A stretch of DNA of 41,010 bases, from UHGV virus genome UHGV-0278352; one strand, given 5' to 3'. The notes below the pieces were generated by a model. That model did not search any database. It was not told the DNA's origin and saw only the letters and a program-made list of their open reading frames with translations. Position numbers and translations under genes: made by a program. The stretch comes from a virus. This document shows, in pieces, positions 27,243-36,365 of the stretch; the stretch's first letter is position 1; every line of letters begins with the position of its first letter.

Positions 27243-27455
27243 ATGAGAAAATTAAGACTGATTAAAGTGGTCGTGCCGGAGATTGTTGCATATTCCATCC
27301 AGGGTTCAAAACCCATGAAACCGGAATATGAGTGTTCCTGCGGAATGGGCGTGGCAGAGGAATATAAATGTTGCCCATACTGCGGAGCGGAGCTGGCGTG
27401 GGAGCGGGTCAGGAGGCCATCGAAGGAATTTAGAAAACTGTTAGACAAGCTTTAA
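27243..27455 (+). CDS. small zinc-ribbon protein (70 aa)
   Basis: CSCG...CCPYCG motifs. Confidence 0.5.
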   Translation: MRKLRLIKVVVPEIVAYSIQGSKPMKPEYECSCGMGVAEEYKCCPYCGAELAWERVRRPSKEFRKLLDKL

Positions 27456-27655
27456 AATTTAAGGGAACAAAAAAAGAGCCTTACGGCTCTGCCCGACGTT
27501 TTCACTAGCGGGTGTGGAATTTCAACCACACAAGGGTCTACTGGCGGCTTTGCGTTCCCTGTTATTTGATTCAATTATAACAGCTTTAAAGCAACTATTC
27601 AATAGCAATACTGACATTATTTAGCATTTTCGGGAGAACCGGAGAAAGGGAAAAT

Positions 27656-28003
27656 ATGAAAAGATTATTTATAAGCCAGCCGATGGTTGATAGAACTGAC
27701 GAGGAAATTATTAGTGAAAGAAAAGTGGCAATCGCTGAAGCTAAGAAATTGCTGAATGAGGACATTGAGGTGATAGACTCTTTTACCAATGTACAAATGA
27801 ATCCACTTGGTTATTTAGGATACTCCATAACATGCTTATCAAAGGCTGATGTTGCCTACTTTGCCAAGGGATGGCAAGATTACAGAGGTTGCAGGATAGA
27901 GCATATTTGCGCGGTTGATTATGGAATAAAGGTAATATTTTCTGAGTTCGACCCACATAAAACGACCATCGGAAAACGACTTGATGCAGGATTATTTGAC
28001 TGA
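27656..28003 (+). CDS. nucleoside 2-deoxyribosyltransferase-like (DUF4406-like) protein, tentative
   Basis: N-terminal MKRLFISQPM motif resembles the MKIYIAGPM signature of that fold; 115 aa. Confidence 0.45.
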   Translation: MKRLFISQPMVDRTDEEIISERKVAIAEAKKLLNEDIEVIDSFTNVQMNPLGYLGYSITCLSKADVAYFAKGWQDYRGCRIEHICAVDYGIKVIFSEFDPHKTTIGKRLDAGLFD

Positions 28004-28021
28004 GAATAAGGATTTTACAGA

Positions 28022-28061
28022 AAATGTACATTGAAAATTTAATATTGATTAGTGGAAAAAT
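28022..28061. promoter_or_regulatory. copy B of the conserved 40-nt promoter/operator element
   Basis: See 24932..24971; followed by TTGACA (28065-28070) and TACAAT; precedes gene 28142. Confidence 0.55.
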
Positions 28062-28141
28062 AGTGTTGACATTGGGTGCACCCTATGATACAATAAAGAC
28101 AGTTAGAAAACATACTATAATGTAGAAGAGGGGTAAACAAT

Positions 28142-28432
28142 ATGACAACAATTAAAGGATTTGCAAATTACGGAGTTTTGGCACATGAGAAGCAGATAAT
28201 CTTCACTATTTCTGAGAAACACCCACATGCAACCGTAAGTGAAGAAATCGAAATCACATTACCTGAAAAGTGGGAAGTATCCGAAAATGAATTTGGTGAA
28301 TTGTTAATAGACACACCAGAAGGAAATACCTATATAGCAAATGATATCATATCAAGTTGGGGAGACGATCCGGTATTAAGTTGGTTTGATGGAGAGAATC
28401 ACAGGATTACACTGGAATGGAAAACTTTATGA
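28142..28432 (+). CDS. hypothetical protein (96 aa); the frame stays open past its TGA stop to 28609
   Basis: ORF track; downstream in-frame 58 codons encode a helical-looking peptide with no start codon of their own (see findings). Confidence 0.55.
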   Translation: MTTIKGFANYGVLAHEKQIIFTISEKHPHATVSEEIEITLPEKWEVSENEFGELLIDTPEGNTYIANDIISSWGDDPVLSWFDGENHRITLEWKTL

Positions 28433-28591
28433 AGAGGAACGCCGCAAGAAAGATGGCAAAAGAAAGCTGGGCTAATTAGCAAGTCATATAAGCTTAACAA
28501 AACACTTGTAGAAGATTTTGCAAAAGCTTGTGAAGCGGCAGGAACAACGCAAGCAAAACAATTATCAAAAATGATGAAAGAATTTATTGAA

Positions 28592-28623
28592 GCCACTAAT
28601 CAGTATTAGATTAGTGGCTTTTA
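28592..28623 (+). terminator. rho-independent terminator
   Basis: Perfect 10-bp stem GCCACTAATC-agtatta-GATTAGTGGC followed by TTTTAAAAT. Confidence 0.7.
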
Positions 28624-28653
28624 AAATGCGTAAATTTAGTAGGAGGAATATAG

Positions 28654-29049
28654 ATGGGAAACACACCATGGAGTAACGAAACAGAAAGAGCAGAGTGGTA
28701 TATGCGAGAGTATGAAAGACTACGAAAAAGACAGGAGGAGTTGCCAACAGGAGGACAGTTGATAGTGAAAGGAGCTGTTTTAATCGAACATGAGGAAGAA
28801 ACCGAGGATACACCTGTTAAATACATAAAGAAAAACAAAGATGATATTGAACAGGCTGTTAAGTGTCTGGATGAATTTACACATAACTGGTGCATGAATT
28901 GCAAAGAAACAGATAGACAAGGTGATTTGGTATTCAGATGTAATGATGGATGCCCATTTATCGCGGATAATCACGTATGTTTAGTAAAACAATTCAAGAA
29001 TATGCATAAGCCAGATTGCAGGGAATTTGGATGTATGGGAGATTTGTAA
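28654..29049 (+). CDS. Cys-rich hypothetical protein (131 aa)
   Basis: ORF track; RBS AGGAGGAATA; several Cys (NWCMNC, CNDGC, CREFGC). Confidence 0.55.
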   Translation: MGNTPWSNETERAEWYMREYERLRKRQEELPTGGQLIVKGAVLIEHEEETEDTPVKYIKKNKDDIEQAVKCLDEFTHNWCMNCKETDRQGDLVFRCNDGCPFIADNHVCLVKQFKNMHKPDCREFGCMGDL

Positions 29050-29060
29050 TTGAAACATAG

Positions 29061-29117
29061 GGCTGAAAGGAAAGTTGTTGATACAACTGTATGCGGTTCG
29101 ATTCCGTGTCAGCTCAT
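29061..29117 (+). other. tRNA-like fragment (acceptor stem, anticodon arm with GAT, T-arm GGTTCGATTCC, discriminator A; no D-arm) - candidate attP core for the tyrosine integrase
   Basis: GGGCTGA pairs with TCAGCTC; AGTTG-ttGATac-CAACT anticodon-like arm; TGCGG-TTCGATT-CCGTG T-arm; 57 nt, too short for a functional tRNA. Confidence 0.4.
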
Positions 29118-29200
29118 TAATAATTATAGAAGGAAAGGGGATGGATACCAATGGGATTACATGACAAGAGCGTGAAGGCAAAACAGGGAGGAAATAAAGC

Positions 29201-29280
29201 GGGCGGTACACCAACCGACCAAAGTTATCTGTACCGCCCTTACGCTTAAGGACAGTATACCATATTCTGATTCCTTAAGC
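29201..29280. promoter_or_regulatory. two consecutive perfect inverted repeats immediately upstream of the tyrosine integrase (candidate recombinase arm or regulator binding sites)
   Basis: GGGCGGTACA-19 nt-TGTACCGCCC (29201-29239) and GCTTAAGGA-19 nt-TCCTTAAGC (29244-29280). Confidence 0.5.
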
Positions 29281-29300
29281 AATACGAAGGAGGAAGGGTT

Positions 29301-30346
29301 ATGAGTAATACAGATAATCAGAGTGTAAAAGCGGAAATTATTAATAACGTAATTGTGGCAATGACGTACTATCTGAGCAGTGACGTGCTGGAAATGCTGG
29401 AAAGAGTGCTAACAAAGAATCTGGTTGACGTAGTGATTGAGAGGATTAATACGCTGCCAATGGAAATGAAAGACAGCATAGACAATCAGAACGGATACAT
29501 ATTGCAACTCTTCTTATATAAAAAGAAGAAATTGGCAGAGGGGACAAAGTATGGTTATGTAAGTGCAATTAAGCGCTTGGTCACTTTGGTATATAAACCA
29601 TTGACCGAAATGGAAGAACCGGACATTTATTATTACCTTGACTGGTACGAACACAAGAACGTTTCGCAAACAGGACATAAGAACCAGCCAAAGACCATAA
29701 ACAATGAGCGACGGTTTCTTTCCGCATTTTTTACCTGGATGCGTAAAGAAAAGCTGATTAGTGCAAATCCAGTTGAAGCAATTGAACCGCAGAAGGTTAC
29801 CAAAAAGCCGATTGACTATTCACACCCGAAGAGATGGCGCGATTGAAAGATGGATGTGAAAGCCTGAGGGAGCGGGCCATACTGGAGGTATTGCGTAGTA
29901 CCGGAGCCAGAGTAGGCGAGGTGGTTGCAATCACAATTGACCTGGTTAATTGGGAGACAGGAGACGTAATGATTTTGGGCGAAAAGGGCAACCGATACCG
30001 CACACTGTATCTGGACCCGGACGCTATCTATCATTATAGGAAATATCTGAATAGCAGGACAGATCATAACCCAGCCATATTTGTAAGCTCTAAGGAGCCG
30101 CATCAGGCATTATCTACATGCGCCGTACGAGGTATTCTTAAAGATGTTGCTAAACGGGCTGGTGTGACAAGCAGGGTGTATCCGCATAAAATGCGGAAAA
30201 CTCTGGGAATGGAACTGAAGAACAAAGGTGTTGACATAGGAACAATACAGGAGATTATGGGACATGCAGATTCGAGAGTGACTTCTTTATATTATGCGCA
30301 GTCGACCCCAGACACGCTGAGGGTGGTAAGAAACAAGGCGGCATAA
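29301..30346 (+). pseudogene. int: tyrosine recombinase/integrase interrupted by a 1-nt frameshift (or sequencing error) near 29819
   Basis: ORFs 29301..29846 (SAM-like N-domain) and 29834..30346 (catalytic domain with R in RSTGARVGE, H-x-x-R in YPHKMRKT, H..Y in HADSRVTSLYY). The continuous protein is ...KKPIDY/FTPEEMARLKDG... if one T is restored in the TT run at 29819-29820. Confidence 0.75.
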
Positions 30347-30400
30347 TTTACATATATTTACAGTGTTTACACATAGAAACCAGCGGGGGAGAGGCCCCGC

Positions 30401-30459
30401 GATTAGACTTGATAACCTTATTAAGATTAGGCCCTTCCCTCTGGATTAGGAGGGAAGGG
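30401..30459 (+). promoter_or_regulatory. candidate rolling-circle double-strand origin: CTTGATA nick-site motif (30408-30414) plus a perfect 10-bp hairpin (30432-30459) directly upstream of rep
   Basis: gaCTTGATAacctTATTAAg resembles the phiX174/pC194 nick region (CTTG/ATA); CCCTTCCCTC-tggattag-GAGGGAAGGG hairpin. Confidence 0.45.
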
Positions 30460-30484
30460 TTATAAACAGGAGTGTAATAATTAT

Positions 30485-31285
30485 ATGGCACATGTTGAGA
30501 GTGTATGCTATGCAGGACGTACAAAAAAAATACGGAATTACTATACAGCTAAGTACAATGATGGAAAGCGCCCAAAGAAGAGGGAGGAGAGAGGGGATAA
30601 AAAGAATCCAACCAGTGAGCAACAGAAAAAGATTAACAGGAAAATGACACTAAGGAATCTGACAATGACATTAGATGCGAATTTCAGCAGCAGGGATTTG
30701 TATATTACATATAATTTCGAGAAAGAGAAAAGGCCGGGAGATGCGAAAAAGTTTAAGGCCATAGTTAGACAACTACTGAAACAGTTAAGAAAAATGTACC
30801 GGAAGGAAGGAATTCCATTGCGCTATATTTGGGTAGGGGAACGCGGGGAACGTGGTGCGGAGCATATTCATATGGTGCAGTCTGGAGGCTTTACGCTGGA
30901 GGAACTGGCAAAAATATGGCCGTATGGATGGGTTACCGGGAGACCCATGGATGAGAGCGGAAGCTACCATAAGCTTGCAGCATATTTTATAAAATACAGC
31001 GAAAAAACGATGAAAACAGAAGGCCGGTTGCAGGGGAAGAGATACAATCCATCACAGAATTTGATACGTCCAGTGCCGGATAAAGATAAAATCAAGAAAA
31101 AGAATTTTGATCCGGGAGCAATACCAATACCGGATGGATATTATTTGGATAAGGATACAGTGGAGTTTGGGGTACAGGATAACGGGTACAAATTTTTGGA
31201 ATATACCCTTGTTCTTCTGCCGGGTTATCATATGGCTGCCCATGACAAGGCTGCTAAGCGACAACGAAAGAAAAAGCGGACATAA
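30485..31285 (+). CDS. rep: HUH-endonuclease rolling-circle replication initiator (Rep_1/pC194-like motifs)
   Basis: HUH motif AEHIHMVQS; Tyr motif AAYFIKYSEK resembling the pC194-family YxxKY active-site region; basic N- and C-termini. Confidence 0.65.
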   Translation: MAHVESVCYAGRTKKIRNYYTAKYNDGKRPKKREERGDKKNPTSEQQKKINRKMTLRNLTMTLDANFSSRDLYITYNFEKEKRPGDAKKFKAIVRQLLKQLRKMYRKEGIPLRYIWVGERGERGAEHIHMVQSGGFTLEELAKIWPYGWVTGRPMDESGSYHKLAAYFIKYSEKTMKTEGRLQGKRYNPSQNLIRPVPDKDKIKKKNFDPGAIPIPDGYYLDKDTVEFGVQDNGYKFLEYTLVLLPGYHMAAHDKAAKRQRKKKRT

Positions 31286-31329
31286 AGCACCGCTTTAATA
31301 AGCATGCGTAGAAATGAGAGGTGAAGGTA

Positions 31330-31584
31330 ATGCCTAACATAAGGCGTGTTGACTGTCCGTACTATGAGACCAGAAGCACATCGGACAAAAAAATGGCAAC
31401 AATAACATGCAAAAATATCGAGAATAATCTGGGATTTGATGTCAGAAATCAGATTCTATTTGCTACGCATGCGGAAAAGGAAAACTATTCTGAGCTATTT
31501 TGTTCAGATATGTTTGATACATGCCCTTACTATAAAGCCATATATGGATATAAGGGGACGAAAGGAGACTGTAATGAAAAATAA
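31330..31584 (+). CDS. Cys4 zinc-binding small protein (CPYY...C...C...CPYY); possible late-gene regulator
   Basis: ORF 31321..31584 with ATG 31330; sits just upstream of the packaging module. Confidence 0.45.
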   Translation: MPNIRRVDCPYYETRSTSDKKMATITCKNIENNLGFDVRNQILFATHAEKENYSELFCSDMFDTCPYYKAIYGYKGTKGDCNEK

Positions 31585-31858
31585 GAAAATGAGTTTAACA
31601 AAGAGGATTGAGCTGGCACAAAGAAGGGAGATGGATGCCAAAAGACGAATGATGGATAAAGACAGAGAAATGCGCAGGTCAAATGCAATCGCAGACGGTT
31701 CCATGGTTTGGGTGACGGCCTTGGCGACCAAAATAGGTCCTGTAGTGCATCTGTCAAAAGAAGAGTTTACCGAAGGAAAAAAATTGAAATATGTTGTCAG
31801 AAGGAATGAGGACGGATCTATGGATATGTGTCTGGAAGGTCATGAGGATGAAGTGTAG
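31574..31858 (+). CDS. small basic hypothetical protein (94 aa)
   Basis: ORF 31436..31858 with ATG 31574 after GGAGACTGTA. Confidence 0.45.
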   Translation: MKNKKMSLTKRIELAQRREMDAKRRMMDKDREMRRSNAIADGSMVWVTALATKIGPVVHLSKEEFTEGKKLKYVVRRNEDGSMDMCLEGHEDEV

Positions 31859-31972
31859 TGTCCAACTTGGACACCGTTAATACGTGCACATGTGCGCGTG
31901 CGCGCGCGATAGATTGTAGGGAGGCACCTTAATAGGTGCCTTTAAAATACCATAAAACCGGACAAAACCGGA
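31858..31972. promoter_or_regulatory. structured non-coding region upstream of terS: palindrome, alternating Pu/Py GC tract, hairpin, direct repeats (candidate cos/pac or late regulatory region)
   Basis: GTGTCCAAcTTGGACAC (31858-31874); ACGTGCACATGTGCGCGTGCGCGCGCG (31882-31908); AGGCACCT-taat-AGGTGCCT (31922-31941); AAAACCGGA x2 (31954-31972). Confidence 0.5.
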
Positions 31973-32043
31973 AGTGATTCTGGGGTGGGAGAAATTTAAT
32001 TGACATACTGTTAGAATCAATACAAGCAAGAAAGGAGGGAAGT

Positions 32044-32577
32044 ATGGCAAGGCAAAAATGGAAGGAATGGACAGAGGACAAGGATAACCTTGCCATATTA
32101 GCAGCATGGGCAAGGGCTGGATTAACAGACGAAGAGATTGCAGAGCAGATAGGTATACGCAGGTCAACCTTGTCAGAGTGGAAGAAGAAGTATGAGGAAG
32201 TAGGGAAAGCTTTATCTACTGGAAAAGAATATGCAAACAGGCTTGTTGAGGACAGTCTGTTTAAAATGACACAAGGATACGAAGTAACGGTAAAGAAAGC
32301 CTTTAAACTCAGGAGGACAGAATACGATGGACAAGGGAGAAAGACCTGTGAGAAAGAGGAATTAGAGTACGCAGAGGAAACAGAACATGTAGAACCAGAC
32401 ATTAAAGCTATCATGTTCTGGCTAAGAAACAGGATGCCAGATGATTGGAAAGACAAGATTACACCAAAAGATGAAGGCGGAGCGGGAACCGGAGTTATCG
32501 TATTGACTCAAACCCAGGTAAAGGAACTAAAGGACGATGTAAGAAGAGATGAAGAAGGAATTCAAAGTAGAACCTAA
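32044..32577 (+). CDS. terS: terminase small subunit
   Basis: HTH TDEEIAEQIGIRRSTLSEWKKK; position immediately upstream of terL; 177 aa. Confidence 0.75.
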   Translation: MARQKWKEWTEDKDNLAILAAWARAGLTDEEIAEQIGIRRSTLSEWKKKYEEVGKALSTGKEYANRLVEDSLFKMTQGYEVTVKKAFKLRRTEYDGQGRKTCEKEELEYAEETEHVEPDIKAIMFWLRNRMPDDWKDKITPKDEGGAGTGVIVLTQTQVKELKDDVRRDEEGIQSRT

Positions 32578-34012
32578 AATCATATGGAATCCGCAGCCAA
32601 GGCAACAACTCATGATGTCCAGGCCGGAATTTGAGGCGCTTTATGGTGGAGCGGCGGGCGGTGGAAAATCTGACTATTTGGTGGCAGAGGCACTAAGGCA
32701 AGTTCATGTGCCATATTATAGGGCTATCATATTTAGAAAGACTTATCCAGAATTAGAGGACTTAATCAGCAGGAGCCATGAATTGTATGGATGTGCCTTC
32801 CCTAAAGCAAAATATAACGAAAGTAAGCATGCCTGGAAGTTTCCAAGTGGAGCAATGATATATTTTGGTTCAATGCAACACACGAAGGATAAGCTCAAAT
32901 ACCAGGGCCGACATTTTGATTTTGTAGGTTTCGATGAATTAACACATTTCGCAAAGGAAGAGTATGAATACCTTTTTTCAAGAACGAGGTCGTCAGGGCC
33001 AGGACTGAGGACGTATATCAGGTCAACCGCAAATCCAGGGGGTCCAGGACATCCGTGGGTAAAGGCAAGATTCGTAAGCATAGCTAAACCGGAAACCACA
33101 ATCATAACAAGCGTGAATATAAAGACTCCTGACGGGAAAGAAATCAAAATGACAAGGGATCGCATCTTCGTTCCCAGTAGTGTTTTTGACAACCCGGAAT
33201 TATTAAAGAACAACCCAGATTATGTTGCATCATTGGCAATGATGCCAAAGGCAGAGAGGGATGCCTTGCTTTATGGAGATTGGGATTCCTTTAGCGGGCA
33301 GGTCTTTACTGAGTGGAAGAATGATCCAGATAATTATGAAACACAGGATTGGACACACGTCATAGCACCATTCCGCATTCCTGATGGCTGGAAGATTGGA
33401 AGGAGTTATGATTTTGGTTATGCCAAGCCATTCTCTGTCGGATGGTATGCCACGGATTATAATGGATGCGTATATCGCATTCGGGAGCTTTATGGGTGTG
33501 TAGATGGAGAAGCGAATAAAGGTATCGAAATAGACCCAGCAGAGCAGGCCAGGAGAATAAGAGAAATAGAGGAGTCAGATGAAAACTTGAAAGGCCGAAA
33601 AATAGCTGGGGTTGCTGACCCGTCAATATTTGATGTTAGCCGTGGAGATTCTATTGCAGACATAATGGCGCGTGAGGGTGTCTATTGGAGCCCTGGGGAT
33701 AACCATAGAATCGCAGGGAAAATGCAGTATCATTACCGTTTAGCGTTCAATGTAGAGGGAAAACCAATGTTCTATGTGTTTGACACATGCAAGGACTTTA
33801 TACGTACAATACCACCATTAGTTTACGATGAAAAGAATGTAGAGGATATAGATACCACCCAGGAGGACCACATTTATGATGAGTGCAGATATTTCCTGAT
33901 GCAGTATCAGATTGCAAGAAGAGAGAACATGAAGAAACAGATTCCTTTGGATGATCCATTGAATTTGCATAGACCGGAACGGGAGAGAGCATATAGATAC
34001 ATACGGATATAG
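32549..34012 (+). CDS. terL: terminase large subunit
   Basis: Walker A ALYGGAAGGGKSDY, ATPase then nuclease region; 487 aa. Confidence 0.85.
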   Translation: MKKEFKVEPKIIWNPQPRQQLMMSRPEFEALYGGAAGGGKSDYLVAEALRQVHVPYYRAIIFRKTYPELEDLISRSHELYGCAFPKAKYNESKHAWKFPSGAMIYFGSMQHTKDKLKYQGRHFDFVGFDELTHFAKEEYEYLFSRTRSSGPGLRTYIRSTANPGGPGHPWVKARFVSIAKPETTIITSVNIKTPDGKEIKMTRDRIFVPSSVFDNPELLKNNPDYVASLAMMPKAERDALLYGDWDSFSGQVFTEWKNDPDNYETQDWTHVIAPFRIPDGWKIGRSYDFGYAKPFSVGWYATDYNGCVYRIRELYGCVDGEANKGIEIDPAEQARRIREIEESDENLKGRKIAGVADPSIFDVSRGDSIADIMAREGVYWSPGDNHRIAGKMQYHYRLAFNVEGKPMFYVFDTCKDFIRTIPPLVYDEKNVEDIDTTQEDHIYDECRYFLMQYQIARRENMKKQIPLDDPLNLHRPERERAYRYIRI

Positions 34013-34029
34013 GTAGAGGGGAGATTGAA

Positions 34030-35925
34030 ATGGAATACGATAGGTTGGAAGGACAGGAAGGAAATGAACTGCCAATAGGAGATAAAGAAATAGCAGAGGC
34101 GTTTGAACGTCTGAGAAAATATAAGGATGGAAAATCATCTTTGGAAAAGCGGGTTGTGAATGCAGAGGAGTGGTGGAAAAATAACCATTGGGAGCGTTTC
34201 GCCAGTGATACCAGCAATGAGAATGACCCGAAACCAACAAGCGCATGGTTGTTTAACAGTATCATAAACAAACATGCTGATTTTCAAGATAATTTTCCCA
34301 GCCCGGCAATTCTTCCGAGAGAAAAGTCAGATGAGGAAACGGCTAAGATATTGTCGGAAGTTGTACCGGTGATACTGGAACAGAATCATTATGATAAGAC
34401 ATACAGCGAGTGCTCATGGGATAAGCCAAAGACGGGAACGGGCATATATGGGGTATTTTGGAATCCTGAGAAAGAAAACGGTTTGGGTGATATTGATATC
34501 AAATGTCAGGACATCATGAATATTTTTTGGGAACCGGGTATAGCTGACATACAGAAATCAAAAGAAGTATTTACAACGGAACTTGTGGACGCTGAGGAGC
34601 TAGAACAGTTGTATCCACAGACAGCCGGGAAAGCATCAAAGGTAGGTGAAGTAATCAAATCAGAATACATATATGAGGACAATATTGATACTTCTGATAA
34701 GGTGCAGGTAATTGATTGGTATTACAAAATAAAAAGACGGCTGGATAATGGAGGAATCAAGACGATTCTGCATTACTGCAAATTCATTCCAGGAACGGTC
34801 CTTTATGCCTCGGAGAATGATGATAAACTGGCTGAAACAGGATGGTATGAACATGGGAAATACCCATTTGTATTTGATGTAATGTTTCCCGATAAAGGAA
34901 CACCTGCTGGATTCGGATATCTTGATGTCATGATTAATCCGCAAGAGTATATAGATAAAATCGACCAGGTAATCCTAAAGGCTGCCGCATTAAACAGACC
35001 AAGGTTCTTTGCTTCCGATGGAGCGGGAATCAATGAGGATGAGCTGACCGATTTAAAGCGGGATATAGTACATGTTTCAGGAACCGTTGAGGATTCAAAA
35101 ATAAAGCCAATCACGCCGCCGCAATTATCAAATTATGTAATTGAGGCAAGGAATGCGAAAATAGAAGAATTAAAAGAGACATCAGGAAACCGGGATTTCT
35201 CGCAGGGTTCTACCTCATCTGGAGTCACTGCCGCGTCAGCAATCGCAGCTCTTCAGGAAGCCGGTTCGAAGTTGAGCAGGGATATGATTAAAAGCTCATA
35301 CACGGCTCATGCGGAAGTAATCACGATGACAATAGAACTTATAAGGCAGTTTTACGACTTGCCCAGATGCTTTAGGATTACGGAACCAAACGGCGCTTAC
35401 AACTATGTGCAGATTGATAATAGTGCACTGATGCAGCAGCCGATAAGCGGGATGGGTGAAGAGGTGTTTAACCGAAAGCCGGTATTTGACGTGAAGGTAT
35501 CCGCCCAGAAAGCAAGCCCATATAGCCGTATAGCAAATAATGAACTGGCAAAGGAGCTGTTTGGTATGGGGCTGTTCAATCCTCAGCTCGCAGACCAGGC
35601 CCTTGCAGTTGTTTCCATGATGGATTTTGACCGAAGAGACGAAGTAATGCAGAAAATCACTGAAAACGGGACAATGTATCAAAAACTACAGCAGATGTAC
35701 CAACTTATTCTGCAACTTGCTGAAATGGTATCAGATTTTTCGGGCAGACAGGACCTGCTCATGGCGGTTCAGAATATCATGGGGACCGGCCCAGCAATGA
35801 CAGCAGTAGACGTAAACCCAAAGAAAAAGATTACGACAAACAGTTTAGGTGAAATGATAAATAACGATGGAAGTATGGCTGGACAGGCAAGGGCCAGGAC
35901 AGCAACGTCAACGGAGGTCAGATAA
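34030..35925 (+). CDS. portal protein
   Basis: 631-aa protein immediately downstream of terL; size and position typical; no motif verified. Confidence 0.65.
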   Translation: MEYDRLEGQEGNELPIGDKEIAEAFERLRKYKDGKSSLEKRVVNAEEWWKNNHWERFASDTSNENDPKPTSAWLFNSIINKHADFQDNFPSPAILPREKSDEETAKILSEVVPVILEQNHYDKTYSECSWDKPKTGTGIYGVFWNPEKENGLGDIDIKCQDIMNIFWEPGIADIQKSKEVFTTELVDAEELEQLYPQTAGKASKVGEVIKSEYIYEDNIDTSDKVQVIDWYYKIKRRLDNGGIKTILHYCKFIPGTVLYASENDDKLAETGWYEHGKYPFVFDVMFPDKGTPAGFGYLDVMINPQEYIDKIDQVILKAAALNRPRFFASDGAGINEDELTDLKRDIVHVSGTVEDSKIKPITPPQLSNYVIEARNAKIEELKETSGNRDFSQGSTSSGVTAASAIAALQEAGSKLSRDMIKSSYTAHAEVITMTIELIRQFYDLPRCFRITEPNGAYNYVQIDNSALMQQPISGMGEEVFNRKPVFDVKVSAQKASPYSRIANNELAKELFGMGLFNPQLADQALAVVSMMDFDRRDEVMQKITENGTMYQKLQQMYQLILQLAEMVSDFSGRQDLLMAVQNIMGTGPAMTAVDVNPKKKITTNSLGEMINNDGSMAGQARARTATSTEVR

Positions 35926-36269
35926 TGACAGAGGTTAAAATTACAAATGTGCCAGGCTATTGCCGTGTGCAGATAAAAGGACATGCAGGATATGGATTTA
36001 ATCATCATTTACCAGTAGGAAATGATATTGTATGCGCAGCAATATCCATGTTGGGGCAGACAGTTGCGCAGAGAATCCTACAAATGTCAGAGGAGAAAAA
36101 GTTAGGAATTAAGGAGTTGACGGTGAAGGAGGCTCTCATAGATATCAGAGTGGTTCCGAAGGCGGAATACAGAAATGAGCTGGACGTTACAATAAAAACG
36201 ATTGTAACAGGGTTCGAATTGCTTGCAAAAGCTCATCCTTCATACATAAATCTGGGGTGGGAGATTTAA
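35925..36269 (+). CDS. prp: Prp-like cysteine protease (phage prohead/propeptide protease related to the ribosomal L27 processing protease)
   Basis: GHAGYG...GNDIVCAAISMLGQTV matches the Prp/YsxB His and Cys catalytic motifs (GHA....G.DIVCAAVS.L.QT). Confidence 0.8.
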   Translation: MTEVKITNVPGYCRVQIKGHAGYGFNHHLPVGNDIVCAAISMLGQTVAQRILQMSEEKKLGIKELTVKEALIDIRVVPKAEYRNELDVTIKTIVTGFELLAKAHPSYINLGWEI

Positions 36270-36298
36270 TATTGCATCTATGATAGCATAAGGTATAG

Positions 36299-36365
36299 GC
36301 ACTCGGGAGAGACCGTGAATAGACACTCGGGAAAGACCGTGTTAGGACACTCGGGAGAGACCGTG
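36299..36365. repeat. three tandem 19-bp direct repeats (period 24 bp) upstream of the scaffold gene
   Basis: (G/A)CACTCGGGA(G/A)AGACCGTG at 36299, 36323 and 36347. Confidence 0.6.

Noticed and set aside
27456-27655. Possible tRNA or small RNA in the 200-bp spacer with hairpins (GTGTGG-aatttcaa-CCACAC and others)
   Set aside because: Stem and loop sizes do not fit a tRNA T-arm (6-bp stem, 8-nt loop, no TTC at the right position). There is no acceptor or anticodon arrangement, so it is more likely a terminator or attenuator cluster.
29141-29242. 33-aa ORF (MGLHDKSVKAKQGGNKAGGTPTDQSYLYRPYA) overlapping the first inverted repeat upstream of int
   Set aside because: Short, with weak RBS spacing. 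The region is better explained as structured non-coding DNA (att or regulatory).
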